From: Microthyrium microscopicum
Lineage: Eukaryota
NCBI GenBank assembly: GCA_010405405.1
Contig: MU004231.1
Location: 3,404,401 to 3,468,400 of the forward strand
DNA: 64,000 nucleotides
Reading direction: 5' to 3'
Shown here in pieces: positions 12,329 to 25,029 of the stretch (the first letter of the stretch is position 1; each line of letters starts with the position of its first letter). The notes beneath the pieces are model-generated. The model was not told where the DNA came from. It ran no database searches and saw only the letters and a list, made by a program, of their open reading frames with translations. The position numbers and the translations under genes are program-made.

Positions 12329-13418
12329 AGCTAAAAATATAATCCTTTAAAGCCCTTATAGCTTAGAGATTAGCTACAGCAAAACACCAAAATATGCCCC
12401 TACTACTATATATTCTACTATAAAGTAGCTTAGGACTTAAGAGCCTTAAGTCTATAGAGCTAGACTAATCTAGGACTAGCTTTAAATCTAGCCCTTTATA
12501 TCTAAAGAGCTAGATTATCTTATAGTAGCTACTTAAGCTATTTAAACCCATAGTATTTAATACGCAATATTAAGATCTAAGAATTACTAGATCTTAATAT
12601 TTAGATCACGTGCCGTCATGTGCCCTGTCACGTAAGATCACGTGCCCTATTACGTAAGATTACGTAATCCAGCCCTTTATATTTTTAAAGAGCTAGATTA
12701 TCTTATAATAGCTAAAAATAACGCATTTTTAGATAGTAGCTATTTTAGCTACTAATAGCTAATATTAGCTACTAGTAACTAATATTATAGCTACTATTAG
12801 CCTAAAATCCCCTTTTTAAAAAAGCTAAAAATATAATCCCTTAAAGCCCTTATAGCTTAGGGATTAGCTATAGCAAAATACTAAAATGTACCTCTACTAC
12901 TATATATTCTACTACAAAGTAGCTTAGGACTTAAGAGCCTTAAGTCTATAGAGCTAGACCAATCTAGGACTAGCTTCAAATCTAGCCCTTTATATTTAAA
13001 GAGCTAGATTATCCTACAGTAGCTACTTAAGCTATTTAAATTTATAGTATTTAATACGCAATATTAAGATCTAGGAATTACTAGATCTTAATATTTAGAT
13101 CACGTGCCATGTCACGTGCTAGATCACGTGCTAGATTACGTAATCTAGCGCTTTATATTTTCAAAGACCTAGATTATCCTACAGTAGCTAAAAATAACGC
13201 ATTTTCAGATAGTAGCTATTTTAGCTACTAATAGATAATATTAGCTACTAATAGCTAATATTATTGCTAATTTTAGGGGTGCCTAAAAATCTCTTTCTTA
13301 AAAAGGCTAAAAATACGCATTCTACTAGCCCTTATAGCTTAGGGATTAGCTATAGCGAAATACTAAAATGTGCCCCTACTACTATATATTCCACTATAAA
13401 CTAGCTTAGGAGTTAAGC
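12329..13418. repeat. ~490-bp tandem repeat, ~2.2 copies, with CACGTG clusters
   Basis: Units start at ~12329, 12823 and 13305 (gctaaaaata...agcccttatagcttag.gattagcta). Confidence 0.9.
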
Positions 13419-13883
13419 TATTATCTTTATATACCTTACTACTATATCATTATCCCTTTTAATTGTGCCCTATAGCTATTATTCCTATATTCTACTATAG
13501 TAACTATTTATCTCTTTTGATTATGCCTAATCGTTGTCCCTTTTAATCATACTATATTATTATCTTTTTTAATTATACTATATCGTTATCCCTTTTAATC
13601 GCGCTCTATAGCTATCTCTTTTGTAGGGTACGCTATAGGTACCTTTATAGGCACCTTTATAGGGGCCCCTATAGCGTGCTTTACTAAAGGGCCTATAGGT
13701 ACCCCTATAGCGTGCTCTACTAAAGGGCCCTAAAATAAGCCCCTATAGGGGCATGCTGTAGCTACTAACAGAGGGTGCAAAAGGGACAAATAATCACCAA
13801 TAGGGGCAGCGCCCGCTAAATTTAGTGGGACCGCGACCCAAATAGGCACGCTAGCATAATGCGTTTCAACAGAAGTTTTCGGT

Positions 13884-14929
13884 AGTGGTGTAGCTAGCCA
13901 TTATGAGACAGCAGTCGGTTATCCAACCAGTCAAATTCCACAACAGGATGACAACGAGGACAACGAGGGCGACGACGATGAAGATGAAGATGAAGACGAT
14001 GACAACGATGAAGATGAAGACGACGCAACAGTGAACCAAATGACAGCGCAGATGAGCGGTATGACTATTCCTACAGCTATCTCCAACAGCCTCATTCACG
14101 GATCGCAGACACAACAACAACAGGCCCTACAGGTGGTAGAAGCACGTCTAGACGCCTTATCAGTTGACAGCGACTCATCAACTGGCCAATACATACCTCA
14201 GGCTCTTGTACAGCGTCTTCCTCGAAATCAAGCTGGTATGCTTAAGCTTGCTGTTATCTACGCAGAGTTGGGTTACTGACAATACAGTAAAGTGTACCGA
14301 ACTGTCAGACGTGAGAACCAGAAGAACTTCTTTAAACCTGGTCGTGTGCGTGAGCTCTAATCGCCGACGACTTTAAGCTGACTAATGAGATAGGTCTTCC
14401 GGACCCTGTGGTTTGAAGCTCGCGGCCAGAATTTGAATGGAAACCAGGCCTTCACTGAACAAGATCTACGCCAATTAAACCTTGGATTCGCAGAGATGAG
14501 ACTCTTCATCGTCATTAAGCGAAGAAAAGAAAACTCGCTCTGCATGTAAGCTGCCTCGCCAGTCGAACTGGCTGATAATTTTCAACAATGGTTATGAAAC
14601 CTAGCTAATCAGCTCCCATCAGACCTATGCACACATATGGAGGAAGAGGATGTTCGGCCAAACCACCTGCAATCAAGGCTATGCACTCTCAAGCATTCAC
14701 GGGAAGCCGTCCACCAGCACTGCTCAACGGAGAAGCTAGCCCGCCGTTGAAGCGTCCAATACGTATCGTACCTTCGGCCGCAACCGACGCTCTCAAACCA
14801 ACCACACGAATCAATTATGGGGCGTATCATCAAGTACAGCACAACATCCCAGTCTGCCAAATAGGCAAAGTCCACGAAGATTTCATTGCGCTTGTGAAGG
14901 CTTATGTGGTCGAAGTCAACGCCTTGTGA
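13884..14929 (+). CDS. DUF6590-domain protein, 4 exons; 5' end abuts or is interrupted by the Pogo element
   Basis: Predicted exons 13884-14235, 14293-14345, 14394-14545 and 14623-14929 join to give an acidic tract, then NFFKPGRVFRTLWFEARG...MRLFIVIKR...SLCIPMHTYGGRG...KRPIRIV...RINYGAYHQVQHNIPVCQIGKV, the DUF6590 pattern. Intron 1 needs an AAG acceptor; the first in-frame ATG is at 14040. Confidence 0.8.
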
Positions 14930-15965
14930 TCTTGCGCAGCGATACACAGCAGCATATGCTACCTAACTTTTCTCTTCACGCTTCAAATGTGCTGACCTAG
15001 CTCAGCTTTTCATCTGTTCATGTTCCATTCCAATATCCCTACGTTACTGTCTACTTTACTGTAGGCAGTATTAACTCACTTTATACTAGCGCAGTTTCGC
15101 ATAGTATATAACAACACCATGTGGCAATATTGTCATCCAGTAATATTGCATCTTAACTTCATGATCTCTTCGCTTCGAATGTACTGCGTTTTGTTATCAA
15201 ACTCTGTTCTCATTATGTCGTCCGTCTCAAATTGCTACCTGTTATGTCCTTGACCTCGTATCAAAAGACGATATGGACTGTTGAGGTGTGTATGACCCCT
15301 GACTCGTGTCTACGAAAAATTGTGTGTTTCTGGACCTACTTCTTTCGAGTCGACATATTGTTACAAAGATCCTTTGTTTCCTTATCACTGCGTCTTATGA
15401 TTCGATAAGATCCAAATTGTCAGCCTCATGATGTAACGATCCAATACCTACGTGCTATATATATATACCTAGTTAACAAATTGAAAGCGACATAAATGCC
15501 TTCGCAATCGGCGAATATATGTTCATCACTCTGAAAGTATGTCTCGTGTGATGTATCGCCAATACTCGTCTGTAATGTGCATGGCCCTACCTCGATTGAT
15601 GGCCACACTTCCGTTCGAAGCATAACTTATATCAGCCAACCGATTGAGAAATTGTGACAATGACAATGTACTTTGCGATTGGAGGGTTAGGCCATACATT
15701 CAGCGTGCTCTGATGATTACCTGATCCTCCAGACATCGTGGATCTTCACGGGGAGCTTCAGTCTCTCCCATGCGCAACCAGGCAAAGTGACTCAAAAGCT
15801 AGTACAAAAACGCCATATGATGCATCATATCTACCCAAGACCTCCATCACGGGGGTATCATAACCACACCAGACTGAAGCCCCGCGACAGTCTGACCACT
15901 TGATCTTCTATCGTCTATTCTGCAACAATAGCAGCAACGCCCATTCACCAACGCTAGACCCTTCG

Positions 15966-16999
15966 TTATGAAGCAACCAACCCAGCCTTCTCACTCAACT
16001 CCCGCAACCCCGGCGCCGTCCCATTCCCCACCCTCCCATATTTACTCTTAACCTCCGCATCCAGCTCCTTCAACGCTTCAAGCATATCATTCCTCACCCT
16101 CTCCACCAGTTCTGGCACATCTTTCGCCGTCAAGCCCTTTGTCTCAACCGCCTTCAGCACCCGCACCGGAATCCTCCCACCCACAAACTTGAGCTGCTTC
16201 AAATTCAATACATGCGTATAATTCGCACACACGACTGGCACAATCGGCACCTGCGCTTGTATGGCAAGATGGAAGCCCCCTTTCTTGAAAGGGAGGAGGT
16301 CTGGGTGGTCATAGTAGGAGCGTGTGCCTTCGGGGAAGAGGAAGACGTTTTGGCGGTCGCGGGTCATGTGGGAGGCGGCGGAGGCGAAGGTTGCTAGGGC
16401 GGAGGTGTGATTTGCTCGGTCTATGAATACTGTGTTCGATGCCCACACTAGATGGAGAAGTTAGTAAGGCGGTATGTAGGAATTGGGGTTTATGGGGTGT
16501 TTACTGAATTGGCCGAGGAAGGGGTACCATTTGAGGTCGGCTTTGGCTGTTACGGAGGTGAAGGGAGGGAATATGTGGCCTAGGAGGAGGATGTCGAGCT
16601 CTCTGGTGTTCTCGTTAGTATGGTGTAAGCTTTTAGAATAGGGGGGTTGTCATACGTTTGGTGATTCCCCAGTATTACTGCCGGTCTAGTCTTGAGCGAG
16701 CCATGTGGATCGTCAACGTCCATCCAGACTTGTATGAACGGTAACATAAGCCATTTGAACGACACTGCTGTAAGGTATTGCCCCAGTCCACCATAGCCAA
16801 ATGGTTTCAGCACCAGTGAAGCTGTCACGCCGAACGTGGCGCATATCGCTAACCCAGCCAAGTATGCGAGGACGCGCGCGAAGGTTGCAGGTAGTTTTGC
16901 GTATTTTGGAGGAAGGGCAAAGGCAAGGCCGTAGAGGCTGACTACGATGAGAAACCAAGGGAGGGCCACGTAGTTGACTAGGCCAGAGAGGAAACCCAT
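15966..16999 (-). CDS. SLC1: 1-acyl-sn-glycerol-3-phosphate acyltransferase (3 exons)
   Basis: NHQT.LD and FPEGTRS motifs, FKKGGFHLAIQAQVPIVPVV; introns ~16603-16655 and 16448-16504. Confidence 0.93.
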
Positions 17000-17901
17000 G
17001 GTGGGCGGATTTGGGGTAATGGCGACAAAATGGGTATTGGTAGTGGTACGTGGCCGCGAGAGAGAAATGTAGGGCGAAACCTAATATCGTCGAGAAGCGA
17101 AGCTTTAGAAGAGTGAAGCTTTTGGTTGTTCGATAAATTTAGAGTGTTGGGATTTTTCTGGGCGATCTGGCAGGGCAAAGGACAAGGTCAACGTGGAGAT
17201 GTGGCAGGGGAGTACAGGTCTTGTACTACTTCAGAATTGATCCATACGTGAGGTCCGGAGTAACTAGTGATCGCTGGATCGACTGATAGTGTTTTGCGAG
17301 AATGATAAAGCACAAAAGTAGTTTGGCCAAAATGTAGAGTATGAAGTGAGGATCAGATGTTGTTGGAGGTTGGAGTTGTGTGAACTTGGTTGAGAAGGAA
17401 AGGGCGTTAGCGTCACATGGCCTTCAAAAATGAAGCTGTCACATGCAAGTACCTTGTTTCAATGTTCAATATCAAATGAATCCTAGGCGTCTATCGCCAT
17501 CATACCATCAATATTGTCAGCTTAAATATTATCAAGGTTGATTCTCATTGTCTTAAGACGCCCCATATTGGCCAGGTAAAGATGCTATATTAAACTCTAC
17601 TACAACCATCCGTCAACTACAACAGCTTCCAACTGTCGAATTGTTCATTCCGCCTGAAAGCCTAGAGGTTGACCACATATGCAATGCAAAACCAGCAAAC
17701 CATGAAAAAGGTTGCTCGTTCATAAACCGTAGCGCCATGCCGAAAAACCAAAACATGCCCGTACACAGCTCTTAGCCGCTTCCATTCCATAGTATGCATA
17801 TCAAGATGGCCAGGTCATTTGAGTCAATGGGAACCGCTATCCCAGACTACTTATAGTACATTCGTCTTGTCGTTACGGGTGTAGCCAAACTGCCATGGAG
17901 C

Positions 17902-20389
17902 TTAATCCATATCCTCATCATCGTCTTCGTCCATTTCTGGATCACTGTCTTCCAAGCTATCCATAGCTTCTTTGATAAGATTTGTTGCCTGCAAACAATT
18001 AGTGATGGTCCAATGTGATCCATGTAGAAACACATACCTTTGGATCCAAATTCATGGCTATCGTGTAGTTTTTAAGAGCTGCTGGAATATCACCCAGCGT
18101 CTTGTTTACTTTACCCAAAAGGAAATGCACATTGGCATCATTTGGAGCCTTGATCTTGAGAGCTTCCAATTCGTCCATTGCCTCCTGTGGTCGCCGAAGA
18201 ATAAGTAAGACTCGTGCTTTCGCAAATCTCGCCTTTGCCGACAGAGGATCCAATTCGCATGCATCGTTGTAATATTCCAAAGCTTTTAGTCGTCGTTTGG
18301 TTTTCTCTGGTACCAAACCATTGCAGGTCTTCTCCAGCACCAGGCCCATGCATACCTTGAGGACAGGATTTGTTGGGTTAATCTTGGATGCATTGATGTA
18401 GTGCTCGCGTGCGATTTCATACTTGCCGAGCTTCTCAAACACTTGTCCTAGGCCATACCAGCCATTGTAGTGTCGGTTGTCTGCTGAGATGGCATTTCGG
18501 AATGACATGAGAGCTTTATCAAATTCTTCATTGGCGACGTGTTCGTGTCCAGCCAGCGTGAAGGCATACGCAAACTTGGGATCAAGTTGTGTGGCGCGTT
18601 TGAAGCATTTTACTGCTTGATCATGTTCTCCCTGCAATGAAAACGCATTTCCTAGGACGCACCAGGCCTGGGGAGACAAGCGATCAACCTCGATGAGTTC
18701 ATGCGACAGGAACGATAAGTCTACATCTTTCTTCAGATGCCACAAAACTGTGGAATAAAGCTCCATATCTTCCGTCCGTGATGGCACATCTTGTCGGATC
18801 TTGCTAAACATCTTTTCAGCCTCCGCGTAATTGGAGTTTTCGAAGTGGGCTCGAGCTACTTGAGCTTGCACCCATGGTGTCTCCCGAAACTCTGGTTTCA
18901 GTTTTGCAAAGTACGCCAAAGCAACCTGGCAGTCGTAACGCGATAGTGCGAGATACGCTTGACCAATTTTGCTATATTGTTCGATTAAAAAGACCAATGA
19001 TTCCTTTTGCGGCGAGATATCTGGTAGCTGTGGAGGTTTGCGCTGAATTTCTTTGATGCTGCCGATCGTATTAGCAACCGAGAGAGAACGGACTTCCTTA
19101 ATGTCACGATCGCTGGGTTCCAATGGTTTTCGGTTCCCGCTAACGACTCGTCCTACAGTCGAAGTGGTTTTGTTTTTGGCACTAATTGTTTTGGCTCGCC
19201 GAATCTCCCGTTTGTCTCTCGACTCTGGGTCGCGTGAAACTGCGGCAACCATTCGTTGTGTAGTAGGGATTATTCGATTTCGAAGAAGTCGGTCACTGCG
19301 GCGTGCTGGAGCTCCGGGTGGTTCTGATGAAGTTGCGCTGCTTGGTGGAGGTTGGCCAGAAACAGTGCGCTTATGGCTCACGGGTATCGACGTAGGTCTA
19401 GACGGTGGTTCTGACGATTCCCCGTGGTCAGACTGCTTCGATTTACTTCTAGTTGTTATTGATCGCATCTTTGGGATATCCCCAGGATTGTCCTGCTGAT
19501 AACTGTACATTGGCCGAGATTGTCGCGAGGGCGCATGGGGAGCATCAGTATCATATGGTGCATCGTCCATGGTTATGTCCTCGTCACCAAGTGGACTATT
19601 TGGCGTCGGTGTTTTCCAGTCCAGAGACAAACTAAGATCGGACCCTATTCCCGAGTCGGCATAAACGCCATTAATCTGTCGAGGCTTGGGATTGAAGGGA
19701 TCATGGCCAGGAGTGGCCATACCATTGAGAGCTCCATTGACATGAGGTTGAAGAGGTAGATTCTGAGAGTTCAGATCCATAAGTGCCGAAGGGTACATTT
19801 GAGGATCCAAAGTAGCAAGAATATCCGAGGTTAGTTTGAAAAGATTCTGGGCCTTGACTTTCGCGCCTGTGTTACAGAGCTCTGTAAAGGATTCCCAGAG
19901 GAAGGGATTTATTCTCAAAGCCTCGACGAAATATTCCACGGCTTTGGTAGTGTCACCATAGGAAGACCACAGCTTTCCGAGGAGGAAGTTTACGGCAGAT
20001 GCATCAGGAGTGTGCCGTCTCGAGTCGGAGTTTCGATCTGTCTGAAACTGTGGTTTTCGAGCTGCCCAGAGCCCACGCGTACGGTCAAGTGCAGTGGCGC
20101 CTTCACCAAAGCGTTGCAACGCGAGACACGACTGCGCAAAAATATATGCACATCCCAAATGACCCCCTTGACCGCCTTTTAATTTACTGTAGTCGTATGC
20201 AGCTTTGTACTGGCCCATACGGTAGTGGCAAAGGGCGATGAGATGTGCCGAGTCAGGATTTCGAGGTTCGACACCATGCAGTCGACCAGCATGGAAGAGG
20301 GCAGTCTGGAGGAGCTCATTGTCGAGGGAATAGTAGACAAGGTTCCGCAGCTGAGCCGCTATGTAGGGATTGTCTGTAGCAGTGGGCAT
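17902..20389 (-). CDS. CDC27: Anaphase-promoting complex TPR subunit 3 (Cdc27/Nuc2/BimA)
   Basis: N-terminal QLRNLVYYSLDN; TPR array with YSTVLWHLK, SPQAWCVLGNAFSLQ, YAFTLAGHEHV; intron 17989-18037; last exon ends at TAA 17902. Confidence 0.95.
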
Positions 20390-21175
20390 GAGGGCGAGTA
20401 GACGATGAAGAGTAGAAATGTTGTGATGAGTAGTAGGCGGGGTTAAAGGGCGTCGGAGAAGGAGAAGGTGGGGGAAAGTCGTAGGGTGGTGGCTAGATAC
20501 AAGGAAGCATCAGAGGAGACGAGTATTGATCAATCTAAAGGTGTTGGGTCGGGTTGTGTCGGTTGCTGAAAGACATGAAGGTAGTGGCGCTGGACAATAA
20601 CAACACAGGAAGGGCCAAAATAACGCGCAGATGCAAGGCGCAAATGCAGTTCCAAGATGTAAATGGGTATTAGGATAGGTGTTGTAGGAAGTGAAAGATA
20701 TAAAGAACTGCCTTAGGAATGAGGGCAGATTATTAGGATCACAATGGGCGTGTTGTGACTTTGGTGGTTGTATTGAAGTTGGTGGCATAGACATGGAGTT
20801 GTGAAGGTGAGAACCACTCAAAGCAAGGATCATGATGGAAAGCGGAGGTTGGACCCTGGCCCTGGTTGGTCAACCCATCCGCGCCTGCCGCCCGCTAAAA
20901 TGAAATCCAATGTGTTCGTTCTCGTTATAATGCGCTCTCATATCGCCACGTTCTAAATTCCTAATATTATTATCTTATTTTCATTCCATCATATATGCAT
21001 CATAGTATAGCCCAAGAACAGGAGGCTGAGAAACAAAATGGAAAGGTGATGTGGGACCAATCCGTACCAGTAGCTTAGAATCACACCGAATGTTCATCAA
21101 ACGAGGGACAAGTTGACATGTCACATAGCCGCGACTTCTTTCTATATCGTGGCAAGTATGAAGCAGTAAACAGTC

Positions 21176-22075
21176 CTAGAGCTTAGCCTTCTCGGCCGTT
21201 TTCTCCTTAACCCACGCTCGATCAATCATCCAATTCCTCAACAGCGCCCATCCTCCCGACGTGATTCCAACCGGCGGACATATCAGGCACAACGTCGTCC
21301 ACCACCACGGACTCCGCGACCGTAGCTCCTCCATAACCTTATCCACGCCTTTCTTCAACTCCTCCCGCTCGCCATCATTCCACACCACCACCCCCCGTCC
21401 AGCGCCACGAGCCAGCGCACGCTCTGCCTTCTCCCGTACATCGCCTTGACTGAGTACGCGATTCTTCGCGTCTTCTTCGCTCAAATGCGCATCGCGGGCA
21501 CGTAATCGCGCCATTTGGATAGCGGGATCCTTTACTGCGACGACAAGCGCTGTGCCGCAAGAATAGTGCAATGGCCCCTCGAACAGGAGTGGGATGTCCA
21601 GCACCACGGCCCAGTGGCCCGTCATATAGTAATATAACTGCATCTCCCATTAGCAATTCACATCCCAAAAATGATCGTGACAACATACCACCTGTTTCCA
21701 CATAGCTCTCCTCACAGCAGGATGCACAATCCCATTCAACACCTTCCGCGCCTCCACCGTATCCACTCCACCCCCAAACACCGCCCGCCCAAGCGCCGGC
21801 CGATTCAACGGCCGTCCTTTGCCATTTGGCCCCATTTCCTGGGGTGCATCGTGGGTCCCGCGGGAGAGCGGATCATCTGCTGGGAGGAGTAGGTCTGGTG
21901 TGGTTGGACCAAAGTGGCGTACTATTGCTGCGTAGCCTGGTGTGCCGGGCTCGACGACTTCGCGGGCCAGTACGTCGGCGTCGATTATGGGGAGGTTGTA
22001 TGGGGCTGAGCGGAGGATGTTGGAGACGGTGGATTTTCCGGTGGCGATGGAGCCTGTTAGGCCTAGGAGGAGCAT
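21176..22075 (-). CDS. CAB5: Dephospho-CoA kinase (CoaE/Cab5), 2 exons
   Basis: GLTGSIATGKST P-loop, IIDAD.LAREVV, LNGIVHPAV, VLDIPLLFE; intron 21638-21688. Confidence 0.94.
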
Positions 22076-23045
22076 TTTTATTTTTCCCTATGTATTATCT
22101 TCAAGCTCTTGTGTTTTATTTGCTATGTTTGTAGCTTTTCGAGTGGTTGTCGATGGTTTTGAGGTAATGGTGTTGAGTTGAGGTGGTTTGATGTTGTTGG
22201 GATCTCGCAACTTCACTTCCGGGGGACTGACCGAGGCTGAAAATCCATCGACCTTCGATGGTGGAACTAATTGAGTTTTATCCAACACGGCGTTGTTGAT
22301 TTTTTATTGAAAATTTCCGGAAACCTACTGGAAGGTGAGCGGCGGCTTGTTAAATTTCGAATTTTGACCCCATCTGAAGTGTTGTGCTTGAGTAAAGCCT
22401 CAGTGACCTCCAATTGAGCGATGCTTGAACCAGAGTTTCAAGGTATCCGGTTTGAACAATTTTCAAAACTGTGGTATGTTTGATGTGAATAACGAATTCA
22501 ATTTTGATTCTTCTCGGGGTTTGATCGGGCCATACCTAGACAGTTTTCCTACACAGGTACTGCTCTTCGCTGTATCTCTCAAAGCAAGAAATGTGCGAGC
22601 TGTTCTCCATACAGGATAGGACGGTATGCAATTTTGTTCATAGTTACTGCCGTATTGAGATAGAGATTGTACTTCCGATATTCAGACCATGAGCGTTTCT
22701 CCCTAAGTAAGAGATGGCTATTTTCAAAATCTCAGGCTGAGACTGCCATAAATAGAAGTCAGCCGATTGAGTTTGCGCTTTACAGTAACTTCGATGGATG
22801 TCTTCAGATTCAAAACAACCTGGGAAAATGAGACATTCATGCTCTGAGGAAAGGGTTCACTTGCCAACCTACAATCAGAAATACTTCTCCTTCGTCTATA
22901 TGAAGCATCGAATCGAACTCTTTTCATAACACTCCATCTTGGCCGTCAAAGTCGATGGAAATGAGCTGAACCGCTTCTAGTCATCATTTGTCAATACGTT
23001 TTCAATAACAATTGCTTCCTGCTTCTATTGCCGTCAAACTCCATA

Positions 23046-23989
23046 ATGCCGTTCCTTGTGAAGGGCCACGAGCCGAGCTGGCATTTGCATGAATATGCCG
23101 ATTGGTATGAATGGATTGACTACATTCAGCGACGTGCCGTCAATATGGGTGTTTGGGAATTCGTCAAACCCGAAGGTGATGAACTACCGCCTGAAATGCC
23201 TGAGCTGCCAACTGGACCTGGGTATAGAATGAGTCTACATGACCAGATACTCTTGTACAATGCCGAGAAGCAAAAGTACGTTCTCAAGAAATAAAGACTG
23301 CTTTAGTAGCTTGGAATTGGCAATCAAATCATCGTAGTTCCAAGACAACAACTTTTTTCGCCAGGTTTCGATTCCCTAGAAAACTTGAGCTAACAGAAGA
23401 TAGTTACCTGGAAGCCAAAAACTCAATCACATCTCTTGTTCAACTTATCAACGACTCGATCCACGGCAACTTCTATCCCTACATTCACGGAGTCTTCGAC
23501 TGCCGAGAGATCCTCAAGATTCTCACAGAGAAAATGCATCCTATAACCTTCGAGGGGTGCTTCCCTGAATGTCACACATTGCTGGCTAGAGAAATGAGAG
23601 CACTTCTGCATACATTGAGCGATGGTCCTAAAGGTCAAGGACAGGACGAGAACGAAGTGCAGCTTTGGCTTCTGGGATGGCGAAAGATTATACAATTTGC
23701 ATTTGAGTTGCATGAGCAAGAATATGATGATAGCGGTGACTGGCAAGACTGGAACGAAGACTCGCTGGCGGAAGTGTTCCACAACGCGTCAAAGGTCTCA
23801 AATCCTACATTTCATCAGCTCATGGAGAAAAGCATGGATGGCAATCCCTTCGGAGAAGGATTGGATTCGGATATACCTTATCCTAGGTGCTCATTGGCTT
23901 GGTGCATCAACTTCTACTTGGTATGCTTGAAGCAGGAGAAGACAGATGCTTGGAAGAATATTCGTGATGCGCGCGGATCTAGCCACTGA
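23046..23989 (+). CDS. Copia Gag-like protein, paralog 1 (271 aa; exons 23046-23275, 23404-23989)
   Basis: GTACGT donor 23276, GCTAAC branch site, TAG acceptor 23401-23403; spliced ORF is intact and aligns end to end with paralog 2. Confidence 0.8.
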
Positions 23990-25029
23990 CCAAGATGGGC
24001 ACTGGGCACAGTATACAGCATCATTTACATGCCTCTACTGCCTATCATCGAGGGAGGATGATTTCAGGTATGGCGAATCAGAGCGAATAGAAGATCCCAA
24101 GATTCCTATATGATGCGCTGGGACAGAAAACTTGAGCACCTTCACTTTCCAATGTGGTTGTTGCTGTCAATTTTGGGAAAGCATTGTGGTCAGATAGAAA
24201 ATTGGAAAGCAATATAAAAATATACACAAAAATCCAAGGTCTTCGAGCAAACATAAGTCGAGAGATTTCTGTCTGGTAGGAAACAACCATGTCACTACGA
24301 CATTGATGGTGGTAACTACGAGCATTTCACGGTATTTAGCAGAAAGTTTAGTGACCTGGGTCGAGCCTGAGGGAAGAAGTGATCAACTATCTCGGTTTAT
24401 GTTGCGTCAGGCCAATCAAGGAATGCTCAGGAAGCCGACCAGATACAGCAAATGCAGTTCTAAAAGTGTGGTTTTGCTACCAATGGAAAGAGTCAAGGCT
24501 TCCATCCATCATAATCCATGGCATCAGCCCATTAGAGTACCTATCTAATTGGGGAGGTCCAACCAGTGCTGTCACATAAGAGGAGAAAGTCACTTTCCAG
24601 AGCGGGAGCGAATCTTTGCACACAACAAGCCATCATTCTTCAAAGAGCTATACCTCACCGCTCGAGGAGTAACTGAACGCTTGAATGTATACTTCTCAGA
24701 GACAGCCCCATATACTTCCGAGGAACTGAGGAACCAGGCTTTGAGAATTGGAGTTACTGCCCGCTGAGAGGGTAGACTCGCTTCTTGTCTTCGTCTATAT
24801 AAACCATAGGCTCGACCTTCTCACACCATCACATCTCCAGCACAACCACAAAGCTAATCTCAGAAGGCGAAACATCTCCAAGTAAGGCTTTCTTTGAACC
24901 CAGCCCAGATACTGCGATCCTCCTTCTCAGCATTCTTGCTTATTTTCTTCCAGTTTCCTTCGGGTCTGTCCTGATTCTCCGTCGCAATATTGGTCAACCT
25001 TGACACTGTCGGTTAACACACTGTTCAAA

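Larger units (their letters stand above)
6223..13882 (+). mobile_element. RIP-degraded Pogo/Fot1-like (Tc1-mariner superfamily) DNA transposon, 7660 bp
   Basis: 43-bp TIRs 6223-6265 (ccgaaaacttctgttaaaacgcattatgctagcgtgcctattt) and 13840-13882, with one RIP-type mismatch; TA on both flanks (6221-6222, 13883-13884); interior AT-rich, TpA-rich, CpA/TpG-poor. Confidence 0.93.

Noticed and set aside
6223..13882. Starship element, centromere or mitochondrial insertion as the source of the AT-rich blocks
   Set aside because: TIRs, TSDs and DDE transposase remnants explain both blocks; no tyrosine recombinase or mitochondrial gene is seen
19053..19499. Antisense and alternate-frame ORFs over CDC27 (and similar ones over the GPI protein, PRP18 and SAP18)
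   Set aside because: Shadow ORFs of real genes with no independent coding signal
24549..24767. 72-codon ORF between the Gag-like paralogs
   Set aside because: No ATG start and no similarity to pol domains or to the paralogs
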